Positions 63,151 through 64,000 of a DNA stretch of 64,000 nucleotides are shown here, piece by piece. The notes below the pieces were generated by a model that worked only from the letters and a program-made list of their open reading frames with translations, did not search any database and was not told the origin of the DNA. The translations under genes were made by a program, and so were the position numbers. The first letter of the stretch is position 1. Each line of letters opens with the position of its first letter. This stretch comes from Fimbriosthenelais zetlandica (lineage: Eukaryota). The stretch spans positions 23,436,001-23,500,000 of the forward strand of contig OZ365111.1 of the NCBI GenBank assembly GCA_977030845.1. The letters run 5' to 3'.

Positions 63151-64000
63151 TTGAAATAATGAAGAAAATGCTTGAGCTTATAGGACGCTGTTTATTGCAC
63201 CTATTTAATATTTCCATCCCTGAGTTTATATTATCATAATATTAATGTCGTATTTATGTTTACAAATCTAAATATTGATTTCGGAACAATATTACTTTTA
63301 TTTTCATAGTGTACGGAAATATACGCATTACTTACATTGAGAATTGATTTTTACACTGACAGCTAGTATTCTATTCTTGATAGACTCAGACACATCAAAA
63401 CCTTTCGTAAAAGAGCACTAAGATTGTAAGATATCTTTTTTCTACATGTGTTCATCTTTCCATAACTGCTCTTGTAGAGTCAGAACATTACACAATATGT
63501 CTAGAACTGCGACTGCCTTCACAATGCCTAGAATCTGGCCTAGACCTAGAATCTGCGTTGAATAACGCAAATCTAGATCTAACTGACATCAATCATTGTC
63601 CCTAAAATGTGTAAAAGTTTTAAGCGACTAGCCATATGGTATAATTATTATCTTAATCAACGGATTTTCATTTCTGATAAATTCAAATTGTCAATGGGAA
63701 TGTGTCTGCCATAAGAATTGTCTTAAGCAGATAAAGCCCGATCAGTTAACTATAGTTCTATACCCCTGTATGGGATAGATATCCCTTTTCACCTATCTGC
63801 TGAATGGAAAACAATGGAAAGCACTTCACTTAAGAAAACAATGCCGAATTCATATGGCTTAGTGTTGGGGATATCCCTGTGGAGGAGATAGACGGGGTCG
63901 ATGGTTGATCTGCATGCTGTTGCACGGTGGATCTGGATCTAGAAGTGTGTTTGGAGATTAGCCACTATTTCTTTATCAATAGATCCTGGAGGGACTCGTA

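Overview
AT-rich, gene-poor eukaryotic genomic DNA, most likely from a marine invertebrate deuterostome. Echinoderm is an inference from the TAGGCCTA excess, poly-G/C tracts and MITE types. Only one protein-coding gene is well supported: a ~6 kb uninterrupted + strand ORF (probable start ATG 19040, stop 25015, 1991 aa). It encodes a multi-C2H2 zinc-finger protein with ~21 fingers, two PLDLS CtBP-type motifs, a 13x octapeptide repeat, a Lys/SP-rich region and an AT-hook-like motif. The rest is non-coding: several promoter/enhancer-like motif clusters (5.8-6.5, 8.3, 11.3, 27.1, 30.2, 42.1, 56.5 kb), non-autonomous DNA transposons (Harbinger-type with TTA TSD, Kolobok-type with TTAA TSD, other MITEs), a 5'-truncated SINE with a 15-bp TSD, decayed Gypsy/LINE fragments and simple repeats. 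The most unusual structural signal is a dispersed family (15.4, 27.3, 55.3, 55.9 kb) that shares a CTTTATACCAC motif. Three copies carry long hairpins whose arms differ in sequence but whose loops are related (GAG...CGA), and tRNA-like Pol III cassettes lie beside or inside the 55-56 kb copies. No prokaryotic-type system (CRISPR, defence, operon) is present, and I cannot claim a proven novel system. All motif calls and counts are by eye.
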